64,000 bases of DNA from Sminthopsis crassicaudata (Eukaryota). Below are positions 49,950-62,700 of this stretch, piece by piece. Position 1 is the first letter of the stretch. Each line of letters begins with the position of its first letter. Both the position numbers and the translations under genes were made by a program. The notes beneath the pieces were generated by a model. That model had not been told where the DNA came from, made no database searches, and saw only the letters and a program-made list of their open reading frames with translations. The stretch is from the NCBI RefSeq assembly GCF_048593235.1, contig NC_133618.1, positions 48,952,478-49,016,477 of the forward strand, read 5' to 3'.

Positions 49950-50690
49950 AAAAATTAATTTTAATAGTACATTATTTTCTCAATTACATGTAAAGATGGT
50001 TTTAAACTTTCATTTTTATAAGATTTTGAGTTCCAAATTTTTTTTTCTCCCAACCTTACCTCCCCCTTCTGCTCATCATCAACAAGCAATCTGATATAGG
50101 TTATATGTGTACATTTGTTTTTAACTTATTTCCATACGAATCATGTTGGGAAGGAAAAATCAGAATAAAAGGGAAAAATCATGAGAAAGAAAAACAATAC
50201 AAAACAAAAGTGGAAAAAGAGGTGAAAATAATATGATTTGATCCACATCCAGTCTCCATAGTTCCCTCCCTGGATGCAGACGGTATCTTCCATTCAAAAT
50301 TTATTGGGCTTTCTTTCCTTGGATCATTGAATCGATGAGAAGACCTAAGTCTATTTCAGTTGACCATCACACAATCTGGCTGTTACTGTACAATGTTTTC
50401 CTGGTTCTGCTCACTTCACTCAGCATCAGTTCATGTAAGTCTTCCCAGGCGTTTCTGAAATCAGCCTGTTCATCATTTCTCACAGAACAATAGTATTCCA
50501 TTACATTCATATACCACAACTTATTCAGCCTTTTCCCCAAAGTGGATACTTCATTCTTATTCTTTGCCACTACACAAAGGGCTGTCACGAATATTTTTGC
50601 CCATGTGGGTCATTTTCCCTCTTTTATGATCTCTTTGGGATACAGGCTCAGTAGTGACACTGCTGGATCAAGGGGGATGCAGTTTTATAG
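49950..50690 (-). mobile_element. L1 3' end
   Basis: ORF2 C-terminal remnant RLNKLWYMNVMEYYCSVRNDEQADFRNAWEDLHELMLSEVSRTRK, plus full 3' UTR. Confidence 0.9.
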
Positions 50691-53600
50691 CCTATACATA
50701 ACTTCTGTTTGATTCATGATAACTACACCACCTGAAACAGGAGTCTTAGCTGGCTGTCCCATCAGTGATGAGAACGGGGCAAGTGGTAATGAGTCCTGGA
50801 TGCCTCCAGAGGCGATGTAAAAAAGACTTAAGTCTGCTGATCACTCAGGCCCCACTAAAGTCCTCCTTCATGCTTCCTTGTGACGTGGAGGGGACAGTGA
50901 CCGCCAGAGGCTAGGCCAGTAAGGCACAAGCTCTGATGGATCCTGTCAATCCCAGTGTCTTCTCTCTGCTGAGTATCTCCAGTTGCTTCACACAAAGTTA
51001 ACTTGTCTTCTCCACTTTCCCCAACATAATGATGCTCCCCCTCACCAGGCTGAAAGCTCTTGGAGGCAGGGACATGGCTTTGCCTTTGTCACTATCCTCA
51101 GTGAATAGTGCAGTGCCCAGCACCTAGGAGGCATTTAATAAACATCCACAAAACTAGAAAGCTCTGTGTAACTTGGGCCAGGGATGGACTGGGTGTTTAT
51201 CATCTGGCAGATGGTCTTCAAAAGTTGTTCTGGCCTCCAAATTAATCACTTAAGGGCTGAGCAGTTTATGGGAACCATATACCAAGTTGCAAGTGTGTGG
51301 GAGAGGGGCTGAGTCCTATCACCCAAGAGACAGCCAAATGAACACAGACTAATTACCCCCCCTCTGAAGTGGTCCCCACTTGTCTCTTTTTTTGGGTATC
51401 ATCGAAGTACCTGACACATAGAGGATGCTCAATAAATGCTTGACAACTGACTCTCTCCTAAAACAGCTTTTGATCTAAACACTGAGCAGAATCTGAAATC
51501 TATATATTTTTTCAGTCATTCTTCAATAGAAGAAAGACTTAGCCACGGGAGAAATTAGAAAGGAGCAGCCCAAGCAGGTTTTCCCTAGGAGTATCGGTTA
51601 TTACTCTCAGAATCTATCCCATCTTCACTGCGTCCCTGACAAAAATCACCAAGTATCTCTGGGGCTTGCTGTCTGCAGGGGGGCGTGTGAGGCTTGCAAC
51701 CATATTGCGAATGGCTTTGAGATCCCCAGATTAAGGAGTCCGTAAAAGCTAGAAGACGTGAATTTGCTGACTTCTGAGAGGAGCTGGTAGTTTTTTCAGG
51801 CGAGGGAGCGGGAGGAGCTGTAATTATGAAAGGGCATCGATGTCACTGGGGATGATAGGAGAGGAAAGTCAATTCCTTCTGCAGGGTTCAGAAGGAGGGT
51901 GGGAGAATGAAAGGAAAGAATGAAGAGTAGGGCAGGCGTGCTCTGGCAATTAGCCACTCTTCTGGTCCTGGGAAGATGGAGGAGCGGGTCATCCCAGCAC
52001 AACCTGGCTAAATGCTTAACAAACTGTTGCACTTTGATGGCTGTTTAACGTGATTAGTCCCGTTCTGCTAAAGCAGCCTCAGCCAACCTGTGGGCCAAGG
52101 GCAGAGGGAGGAGGGAAGCAGCTCCCTGGCCTCTGATTTAAATTTCAGACTCTTGATGGGAGCACCGGGAGACCCTCAGCTCTAACCTACATGTCAATCT
52201 TTCTTCTCTCCTTAACGATGCAAAGTTCCATTGTGTCCACATGCTGAGCTTGATGCCCCACTGGGGTTTCACTGACAGCCCTTTCTGCAGTGGTTGGAGA
52301 GCTCACACACGGGAGCTGGCCATGATATCTGGGTAGATCAGCAAGCTCAGATGTACAGAAGGAGACAGGATTAACGGAGCCTAGGGAGTCTGAGAGCAGG
52401 GAGAGTTAGGCCGAGGTAAAGAAAGCAAGGCATTTGCTGGCTTTTTGTTCCACGGGTGATTCCATGGCAGGCAAATTCCAAATGAGCCCAGGCCATCATA
52501 TAGGCTGCCCACTTCCTTTGGAAAAGTAAATAGAAGGTGGTGCTCCATTAGAAAGGTTTCTAGTGTCTAGAGGCAGTGTTTACAGCCTAGCAAAGGTCAT
52601 GGTATAGTAGAAGGAGAATTGCACTCGAAGACCTGCTTTTGACTTTTCTGAGTTCCTCAGCATATGTCCAAGCCATCCAACCTTTCCTGGGCTTGGCTTC
52701 CTCATTGGTAAGTGGGCATCATTTTGTAAAAATACAATTTATCAAGCTGTTGTTTTCTGTTTTACATCAGCCCAAATTTTCAGTGCCCTTTCCTTGCCTT
52801 TCTCCCAAAGGATTTTGTCCCTTACAAGAAAGATTTTTTAAAGAAAGAAAAAGAGGAAAAACAATCAACAAAATAGATCAATACACCAGAAAAGTCTGAA
52901 AACATATAACACATCCATGTTCTTCTGGCCTCTGCAAAGAAATGCAGTGGGATAGCTTTTCTCTCATCTATGGGACCCATGCTTATTCTTTGTAATTTTG
53001 TAAATTTTCTTCTCTGCCCTGCTCTCAACTTTTGAAATCCCAAACCATATATACTTTTGCTGCTGTCTCATTCTGGAACTTCCCTCAGTCCTGGAAGAAA
53101 ATCCACTTAATGGAAATTTAAATGGAAAGATTGACATATAGGTTAAAGCTAGAGCCCCGTGCTGCTCCTATCAAGAGTCTGAAATTAAAATCGGTGGCCA
53201 GAGGACACCTTCCCTCCTCCCTCTGCCTTCACCCAAAGGTTGGCCAAGGCCTATTAGTGGAATGGGACTAATTGATCTTCTCACCCCAAAGTATCCCTCT
53301 GCCACTTAAAACAGTGTCTGCACACAGTAATTGCTTAATAAATGCTTGTTTCCCTTCTTTCTTACAAACATTCATATTTAATTGCTTTGTGGTTGTTCTT
53401 TCCACTTGCATTATTGTAGTTATTTTGGGTGTGTGTGTGTATTTAGCTCTGCTGACTTCCCACTGGATCAGTTTATGTGAGTCTCTCCATACTTCTCTGA
53501 ATTTATCATTTTTTTAATAGAACAGTGACATAAAAATAGGAATAGTAATAGGGGCTGCAAACTGCATTGGTGGAAAAATTCCCTTACCAATCCTTCAACA

Positions 53601-54540
53601 TATTTGTATGTTAGTATTAGCCAGGTAAATCAGGGAAATGGTGAAAAAATGGTTTACTTAGATTTTAAGAGCATTTTTAGTAGGGGCTCAATAAATCCTT
53701 GACGACTGACTCTCCCCTTAAAGATCTTTCAATCTAAACATTGAGCAGAATATGAAATCTATATATTTTTAAGAAAGCCTTTTTTTTTTTTTTTAAACAA
53801 TCTTTAATGCTATTATAATGGAAAATGTAGGGAAATATATTCTAATTCAGTCATGACAGCCATGTCTGACTCTTTGTGACTCCATTTTGGGTTTTCTTGG
53901 TGAAGATACTCAAATGATTTGTCATTTCCTTCTCAGATGAGGAAACTAAGGTAAAGAAGGGTAAGTAATCTGTGCATAGTAAATTTCTGAGGCTTGATCT
54001 GAATTTTGATCTTCTTGACACCAGGTCTGGCACTCTACCCATTATACCATCTACCAACTCCAAAGATGTGGGCTAAGAGATAATATATTTCATATATACA
54101 TACATATTATACTATATTTATTACATTATATTATATTAATGTATAATATATATTATGTATATTATATACATATATACACACACACACATATATATATATA
54201 ATGTATATTTCAGAAAAAGTTGAATAATCCAATAAATGGTCCCCAATGGTTTGATGTCAATTTGAAATGAATATTCTCCTAGAAGGACCCCAGAAATCAG
54301 GTGTTGGTTTTTTAAACTGTTAAACAACATTTGAATCAATGACTTGGACAAAGACATAGATGGCAGGCTTATCAAAGCTGAGCAGAGAACTAAAGTAATG
54401 GATGATGGAGTCAGAATCCAAAGAGATCATAGGAGGCTATAATATTGGACCGAATTCATTAATTGAACATTTATTAAGCGCCAGTCCAATCAATCTTCTA
54501 TTCAGTCACTAAAATGATTTTTCTAAAAAACACGGGTCCT

Positions 54541-55323
54541 AACTATGGACAGATCCAACCATTGTGGAGAGCAGTTTGGAACTATGCTCAAAAAGTTATA
54601 AAACTCTACATACCCTTTGATTCAGCAGTGTTACTACTGGGTTTATATCCCAAAGAGATCTCAAAGAAGGGAAAGGGACCTGTATGTGCAAGAATGTTTA
54701 TGGCAGCCTTCTTTGTAGTGGCCAGAAACTGGAAACTGAGTGGATGCCCATCTATTGGAGAATGGTTGAATAAATTGTGGTATATGAATGTTATGGAATA
54801 TTACTTTTCTGTAAGAAATGACCAACAGGATGATTTCAGAAAGGCCTGGAGAAACTTATATGAACTGATGCTGAGTGAAATGAGCAGAACCAGGGGATCA
54901 TTATATACTTCATCAACAATACTGTATGAGGATGTATTCTGGTGGAAGTGGAAATCTTCAATCAGTTCCAAGTTTTTAGTGATGAAGAGAACTATCTACA
55001 CCCAGAGTGAGGCCTGTACAAACTGAGTGTGGACCACAACATAACATTCTCACTCTCTCTGTTGTTATTTGCTTGCATTTTGTTTTTCTTTCTCAGTTTC
55101 TTTTCTTTCCTTCTTGAATTGATTTTTCTTGTGCAACAAAATAACTGTATAAATATGTATACATATATTTGATATAACATATATTTCAACATATTTAACA
55201 TGTATTGGTCTACCTGCCAGTTAGGGGAGGGGATGGGAGGAAGGAGGGGAAAATTTGGAACAAAGGTTGGAAAAATTACCTCTGCATTTGTTTTGTAAAT
55301 AAAAAGGTTTAAAAACAAAAAAC
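54541..55323 (+). mobile_element. 5'-truncated L1 inserted into an L2
   Basis: Nearly intact ORF2 C-terminus (ORF 54514-55026) and A tail. TSD AAAAAACA(C/T)GGGTCCT at 54525-54540 and 55324-55339, differing by one CpG transition. Confidence 0.92.
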
Positions 55324-56079
55324 AAAAAACATGGGTCCTGGGTCCCATCATGTCTCTCTCCTATTCAGTAACCTCCAATACTTCCTATTAATAGTCTTCA
55401 GGATCAAATACAAAATGCTGAGCTTGGCAGCCAAAGTCCTTCATAATCCACCCCCTCCTAGGTTTCTGGTCTTTTTATATCTTACTCCCTAACATATACC
55501 GACCCAGTGACATTGGCAGGTGACAGATGGCTATTCCAGGAACAAGACAGTCTTATCTCTCCGATCCAGGCATTTTTTTCAGTTTGTCCCCTATACCTAA
55601 GTCTGATGTTGGCCATTAGTGGCTCTGGGATTCATACATCTTCCCATCTACTGCCTTCCCTGCTTCAAGTCCAAACAAAAAAATCCTTTCTTCTACAGGG
55701 AGCTTTCCCCAACCCTTCTTAATGTGATTTCTTTCCTCTTTTAATTTTTTTTCTGATTTGTCCTGAATGTAGCTTGTCTTCTCCATTAGATTTTGCATTC
55801 CTCGATGGCAGGCACTATGTTTCCCTCATTTTGTATTGCTTATTGCAATTCCTGTCACGTAAAAGGTTGATTAATTTTTACAAACTAAATGTTATGGTGT
55901 TAAGGACACAAAAAGTAAAAAATAGCTCCTGCTTTTAAGTATGTGTATAGAGTATATGTATCTGTGCACAGATAAGTGGACATGGAAATGTACCCAAAGT
56001 AATTTCACTGCATTCTAGGGCATGGGTACTAGCAATCGCAGAGTTAAGGAATCCCATAAGATGCCATTTAATAGTGATA

Positions 56080-56560
56080 AGTATTGCCTTATACTTGAGT
56101 TCAAAAAACCAACTTCACAAATACAAGATTGGTAGGGTACGATTTATGGGAAAACAATTGAGGGATTTCAGCAGACCGCAAAATCTATGAGTCAGTACTG
56201 TGATAGAGCAGCTGAGAAAGCTAATGTGATTGGAGGCTTTGGTGAGAAGCCTGGCATTCAGGAATAGTGCCGTGACAGGTGGGGGGCAGCTAGGATCATA
56301 AAGGACCTCAAGACCATGCCATATGAAGAATATTAAAGAGTGGGATATTCAGCCTGGAGAGGGAAAGATTCAGGGTGAGGTAAGATAATTGTCTTCAAAT
56401 CCCTGACAGGCCATCACATGGACAAGGGAATAAACTTTTTTTTTTTTTTTAAAATTTTTTTTTTTTTTTTTTAATTTCTCTTGGTCTCAATGGGCAGAAC
56501 TAGAAGCAAAAAGTAGAAACTTCAAAAAGTCAAATTTAGGCTTAATATAAGGAATGAAGA
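56080..56560 (+). mobile_element. CR1/L3 3' region (further fragments at about 54200-54440 and 59660-59990)
   Basis: GTCAGTACTGTGATAGAGCAGCTGAGAAAGCTAATG...GGATATTCAGCCTGGAGAGGGAAAGATTCAGGG...GTCTTCAAAT. Confidence 0.7.
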
Positions 56561-59500
56561 AATAGAGTGAAGAATGATTACAAAATGAAGTTGGTCTGCT
56601 GTGAGAATCAAGAGAACCAATTGGATTCCCTCTCTTGAACACCGACTCCATCTTTTGTTGCCACATGTATAATCCTCCATCTTGTCATTTTTCTGTAATT
56701 CATCTCTTGTTTTGTAAAATGTAGGTGGATACAATTAACCAGCATCTCCCAATTCCGGAACAGGGAAGTCCTACTTGCCCCCCCCTCAATTCAACTGAAA
56801 CTCACTCGTTCCCCTTCCAGCTTGGAAAATCCATCGTCTTTCCTTCCATTAGAAATCAGATTACCTAATTGTGTATGCTGGTTTGTATCCTTTTAATTGT
56901 TATCTTTTAATGCATAAAAGTCTGTTTCCCTCTGTGTTTGGGGTGCACCACCACGCTGAGAAGGCCTGGTCCCAATTTGTTATACAATTGGCATGCATTA
57001 CTTAATACAGTGATCTACTCAGAAAATCAAAACTGTTTCTTCAATAATTTCAATTAATCTACCCATTACAGGAAAAACTTTCAAACAATGAGAGCTATCT
57101 CTTAAGGGCTGCACCACAGTGCAAGACTTCAAACAAAAGTTGAATAGTCTCTTGTTTAATATGTTGCAGAGGGGGACTCAAAGTCTCTGGCAGGGGCTGG
57201 ACTAGGTTTCTTCCAACTATGAGTTCTGCCATCCTTCTGCACCCAAGCTGGTCCTCAGCCATTTAATTAAAAATCATACTTTGAACATTTTTGATGTGTT
57301 TAATCTAGAGTTCCACCCCCCCTCCAGTGACAGGTATGATGGAATCAGGATGCAGGTTGAGACATAAATTGTTTGGACATAGTCAAGCCAAGGCAACAGG
57401 CATACCTAAAAGGAGCAGGTCCTGTGATTGAAAGAAAGGTAATAATTTGTTTTGCCTGACTATTCTTATTTGTCATAAGGACTGTTTTATTTTTAATCCA
57501 ATGGGGAAGAAGTGAGAGAATAAAAGGAAATAGAATTTTGCTAATTTGCAACATTAAATAAAAAATGAGGGGGTTGAACTCAATGATGTTTATGGCCCCT
57601 TCCATTTCTGGATCCAAGGATTATGGTGTGATACTAGGCCCCCTTCTTTCCCTCAAATATGACATATTCATGGGAAGGTGTGGCCATGGATGAGAAAGAA
57701 GGAAACTGTTCTTTCGTAGTTCTTTTTCTCTCCCATTTCAAGATCTATGAAAAGAAAACCTTTTCCACCCCCAAAGGATTTTGTTCTTGGAGTAATTAGC
57801 CAGGTGCATTTTAACATTTTAAACTTTCCCCTAAAGTATCAAGTCTGATGTTGGCCATTAGTGGCTCTGGGATACATACATCTCATCTTATTCTTTTGTA
57901 TGTGTGTGTGATATTTGTAATGCACTTCTGTTTATACATATCCCCTGCCTTAGGTGCTCCAAGGGTTTAAGCTAAGTAAGCCTGCTCAATTTTCTTTCGT
58001 GTGGGCCCTAGCAGAGCGTCAAGCGCACACAAAGAAAATCAGAAGGCATGGTTTCTCATTCTGACTCTTTGTGACCATAGACAAGTCATTGTGCCTTTGT
58101 TTCCTCTTCTGTAAAGTAAGGGGGTCGAATCCCTAAGGTCTCTTCCAGCATTAAGAACTTGTGATATCAGCACTTAATCAATATTTAGTGGTGATGATCG
58201 TTAGGAAATGGCCCTCCCTCTTTCCCCACCCCATATGGTGCCTTCTCTAAAACTCTCACTTTGGACCCTTCTGGTTCGACATGTGGCCACAGGCACCTAT
58301 CCCTCTGCTTCAGGCAGATGCCCCTGGGAATGACTGGTAAGGAAATGTAAGTACACTCTTTCCACCACAGATGACAGACAGAAATTACCCTCTGCACCGT
58401 ACCAGCTGTTACAGACTAACAACTAGCATGTCCAGAACAATAACACACCAGGCAGCTGCCATGCCAATGAGGTTTGCCAACTCCAATGAGACTTGTTAGA
58501 AAATGTGGCTTTCCTTAAAAAAAAAAAATCTTGCTATTCCTTTTAAAATAATGGCATTGCATCAGACACAGAAACCAGACCCAGCACCAGCCACGCATCC
58601 AGAGCCTGTTAGGGCATGTTTATTTCTCACTCTGGTCTCAGAACATCAACGTTATACCATGTAACTGGATCAACGACATGCTAGTAGAATGCTAAAAATG
58701 TCCCTAACAGAGGCGGTCAAGTTGGTGGCCCGAAATATTCTCCCCTCTGGCACTGAGAGAGTCTTCTACCATGTAAGATGGTGCCTTCTGTTCTCCACAT
58801 TGATGTCGATGGGCCACCGTGTCCGGTTCTGTCCAGAGGCAGTCCACACGCTCCCGCAGTTGAGGATTGTCACAATCCTCCAAAGACTTACAAAACAAGA
58901 TCCTCGATGGCAAAAGGGATGCCTGACAGGCATTAATAGCCTGTTAATCATTTCCAAAGGTTGATAACGGCATGTGCAAACATACGCTTCCATTTCTTCA
59001 GTTTGGTTTTCTTACTCAAACAGTGACACTCAACCACCTGGTATTCTATAACACTCTCTGCAAACGATTCACAGTGCATTCATACATTTTACTGTAGCTT
59101 GTCAGTCCTCGCAAGGCAGGTAAAGGCAGTTATTGTTATTTCCTTAGCACAGAAAGGGGAAAATAGGGTTCAAAGGAGATAAGTGACTTAGGATACTAGG
59201 ATCTGGAAAAGAGAGAGACAGGAAGGGATCTCAAAGCAGAAAATGTCAAAGATGAAAGGGGCTAGTCCAATTCTTTTATTTCACAAAGGAGCAAAGTGAG
59301 ATCCTGAAAAGGAGGAGGAGTTTCCTAAGATCACATAATGGTACTAAGTAGTAGAGAGGGATGGGAACCAGAGTTCCTGGCTGAATCCAGCTCTCTGTCT
59401 GCTACAACAAATTGTACTTGGCTAGGATCATGAAGTAAATTAAGGACACAGTTAGGAAGAGAGAGAAAATAGGCCTTTTGGCCCCTAGCCCCAGTGCATG

Positions 59501-60599
59501 TCCCACCAAAAAATACATCCTTTGAAGTTCAGCTCAAGCCCTCCTTTATTCATCATATATTTGTCTCTGACAATCCTTGCTTGGGATGTAGCTCTCCTTT
59601 CTAGGATTCATGCCGTATTAGCACCAGTTGAAGGATGGAAATGATTCATTGGGGGAAGAGAAGAAGGGATCTTCAAATATTTGAAAGTTTGTCATGTGGA
59701 AAGAGGGATTAGCCTTGTTCTTTTTGGACTAGGAATAATGAGTGGACACTGCTAAGAGACAAATTTAGGACTGATGCCAGGAAGAGCTTCCTACCAAGCA
59801 GAGCTACCCAAAGGTATAATGGACTACCTGGGAGGCAGTGTGTTCTTCAAGTAGAGACCTGAAGATTGGAGTAGAAGCTGGGTGACCACTTTTTGGGTAT
59901 GCCATAGAGCAAATTTTCTAGCACAGGTTAGCCAAGATGGTCATGAAATTCCTTTCAATTCTGAAATTCTGTGATCTGAATCTTCACTATACTTAGAATC
60001 ACTGCCATAGAGTTTAGCAATGTATTCATGTGAATGTGTTCCTATTATCTCTTTAACTAAATTATAAACCCCAAGATACACTTCATTTACTGGCTGGCCT
60101 CACTACTCATTCAATTGATGCTTAAGACCCAAACCTTAGCCCTTCACTTGCCCATTTGGGAACTTCTATGGATAATAAATATATTCAGGCTGACAAAAGC
60201 CACAAGACACTTATGGACACACAATTCAATTGGATGAGCATTTATTAGATACCTAATAGGTGCTAGGCACTCTGCTAAGAGCCCAGAACACAAAAATGAG
60301 CCAGTTCTTGCTTTCAAGAATTATAGTCTACTTTGGGAATAGAAAAGCATTCGAGGTAGGGAGTAATGAAAGCAAAGCAGAGATCCCAACCGGGTGTCCT
60401 ATGACTATCTGAGACAGGCATAAGGACTTTTATCATCCTGGGGAAGTGGCAGCTGAAACTCTGGAAACAACGGAGGGCTGAATGAAGATAATAATACCAC
60501 AAATATCCATGAATATCCATGTCACAGAACTCTTGTGAAAACCAAATGAGATCATATCAACATTTTGTAAACCAAAAAGTGTTACATAAATGCTGTTGG

Positions 60600-60600
<1 letters not shown>

Positions 60601-60639
<39 letters not shown>

Positions 60640-60646
60640 GAAGAAG
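60601..60646 (+). repeat. (GAT)12 microsatellite grading into GAA
   Basis: Directly visible. Confidence 0.98.
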
Positions 60647-60803
60647 ATAGGAGTGATAAGGAGAAGGTATATGTCAGGCATGAGGGACAGCTTAGGGAAA
60701 GGCAGGAGATGGCCAAGGAACAGTTAATAGTTTGGGTTTGGCTGCAATTGGAAATACAGATGTAGGACTGGAGCTCAGGAAAGAGAGCAAGGTTTAGGAC
60801 TGG

Positions 60804-60968
60804 NNNNNNNNNNNNNNNNNNNNNNNNNNNNNNNNNNNNNNNNNNNNNNNNNNNNNNNNNNNNNNNNNNNNNNNNNNNNNNNNNNNNNNNNNNNNNNNNN
60901 NNNNNNNNNNNNNNNNNNNNNNNNNNNNNNNNNNNNNNNNNNNNNNNNNNNNNNNNNNNNNNNNNNNN
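60804..60968. other. Assembly gap
   Basis: Run of N. Confidence 1.
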
Positions 60969-61649
60969 ATGGAGGAGGAGGAGATGGTCAAAACTATGGG
61001 AGGTGGCAAAAAAGATCAAAAGGACTTTCCTTCCCTTACAATGGTTCACTTTAAGATATGATTTATTATGACATGGGTAAAAGATTTTCTCCCCCAGAAC
61101 ACCTGTCTCTGAGTGAAACATACTGGAAATATATCTTAATAAATATTTGTTGAAAGAGGTAAGTCCATCATGTCCCCACTAGTCAGCCAACTCACAAATG
61201 TTTGCCACTGGTCATGAGGAGAACTGGCAGAGATTTATTAGCACAAGTTCATACTCCCCAAATTTGTGTCTTATTGACATTGGGTCAGTGATGCTGCCAT
61301 CATATCTAAAGAACACAATTATATCCAGTCAGGTCTCCTAAGAGTCCCCCGAAGGAAGGAGAAACACAAACAAAATGGAAGCTCCTCACATCCTCTTAGT
61401 GCCTAAGCAGATGTGCTGGTTCAAACTGCAATTGGTAAAGGACACTGGTATCTGTAAGATACTGATGTCCTGAACTGTAGCCAAGAAGTAATCTGATACC
61501 TAATGATCCAGCACTTAACTGTTTATTTTACCTTTCAAGGGCATGAATAAAGCCACAGAGACATATTAGCTCTGAGGTAAAATGTTGACCTCAGTTGGAG
61601 ACACAAGCCATCTAACAAGACAATATAACAACTTTTAAATGGGCATAAG

Positions 61650-62210
61650 ACAGTGATTCCTCCCCTTCCTTCTCCTGCTCTTCCTCCTTCTCTTCCTTCT
61701 TCTCCACTTCATCTTCCTCTTCCTTCTCCCTTTTCCTTCTTTGACTCCTCTTCCTTCTCCTTTTTCTCCAACTTCTCTTTCCTCTCCTCCTCCTCCACTT
61801 CTTTCTCTTCCACTTCTACTTCCCTTTCCTCCCTCTCTTCTTTCTTTTCCTTTTCCTTTCTCTTACTTCTTCTCTCCTTCTTCTCCTCTTCTTCCTTTTC
61901 CTCTTCCTTTTTCTCCTCTACTTCCTTCTTCTCTTCATCCTCCCCTCTTTTCCTTCTTTGACTCCTCTTTCTTCTCCTTATTTTCCAACTTCTCTTCCTT
62001 CTCCTCTACTTCCTTCTGCTCTTCTTTCTCTTTTCTCCTTTCTTTTCCCTCTTCTCTTCTTCCTCCTTTATTTTCTTTTCCTCTCTTTCTCCTTCTTCTC
62101 TTCCTCCTTTTTCTTACTTCTTCTCTTCCACTTCTTTCTCTTCTCCTCCTATTTTCCTCTACTTCCTTCTCCTTCTCCTCTTCCTTTTTCTCTTTCCTTC
62201 TCCTCCAGTA
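61650..62210. repeat. TCC/TTC-rich pyrimidine tract
   Basis: Almost purine-free plus strand. Source of the S/F/L/P-only ORFs. Confidence 0.95.
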
Positions 62211-62539
62211 AATAATAAGTACAAGATGGAAATCCTTTCTAGTATTGTTTCCTCCATAGCCTACAAACAGCTGCCATTAAATTTTTGGCTTACTGATAGG
62301 TAAAGACAAACTATGGGCTAAATGGATACATGACAGTTCACTTGGTCAACACTGAAAACAAATTAGAAAGTACATCGGAATGGGCTGCATGGATGCTGCC
62401 TGTAACAGGGCATTTGCTTCTCAGAATCAAGGACAATGAAAGAAAAAGGACATAAAGATGACATTCTACTTTACCCACTTGGAAAATTCTATATTTAGTT
62501 CTTGCTCTTAATCAAATACAAGAAATCTCTGGATATACT

Positions 62540-62700
62540 TTTTTTCCCACCTTTAAAATTTTTTTGATGATAGCTTTTTATTTTCAAAATATATGCAAAG
62601 ATAGTTTTCAATATTCACCCTTGTAAAACCCTGTGTTCCAAGTTTTTCTCCCTTTCTTCCCTCCAACCCCTCCCCTAGACAACAAGTAACTTGGATATAT
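62540..62700 (-). mobile_element. Short L1 3' UTR end
   Basis: TTTTTATTTTCAAAATATATGCAAAGATAGTTTTCAATATTCACCC...CCCTCCCCTAGAC, matching the 35535 copy terminus. Confidence 0.8.

Noticed and set aside
3208-58944. Shared 12-mer TTAATAGCCTGT at 3208 and 58933
   Set aside because: Many 12-mer matches are expected by chance within 64 kb.
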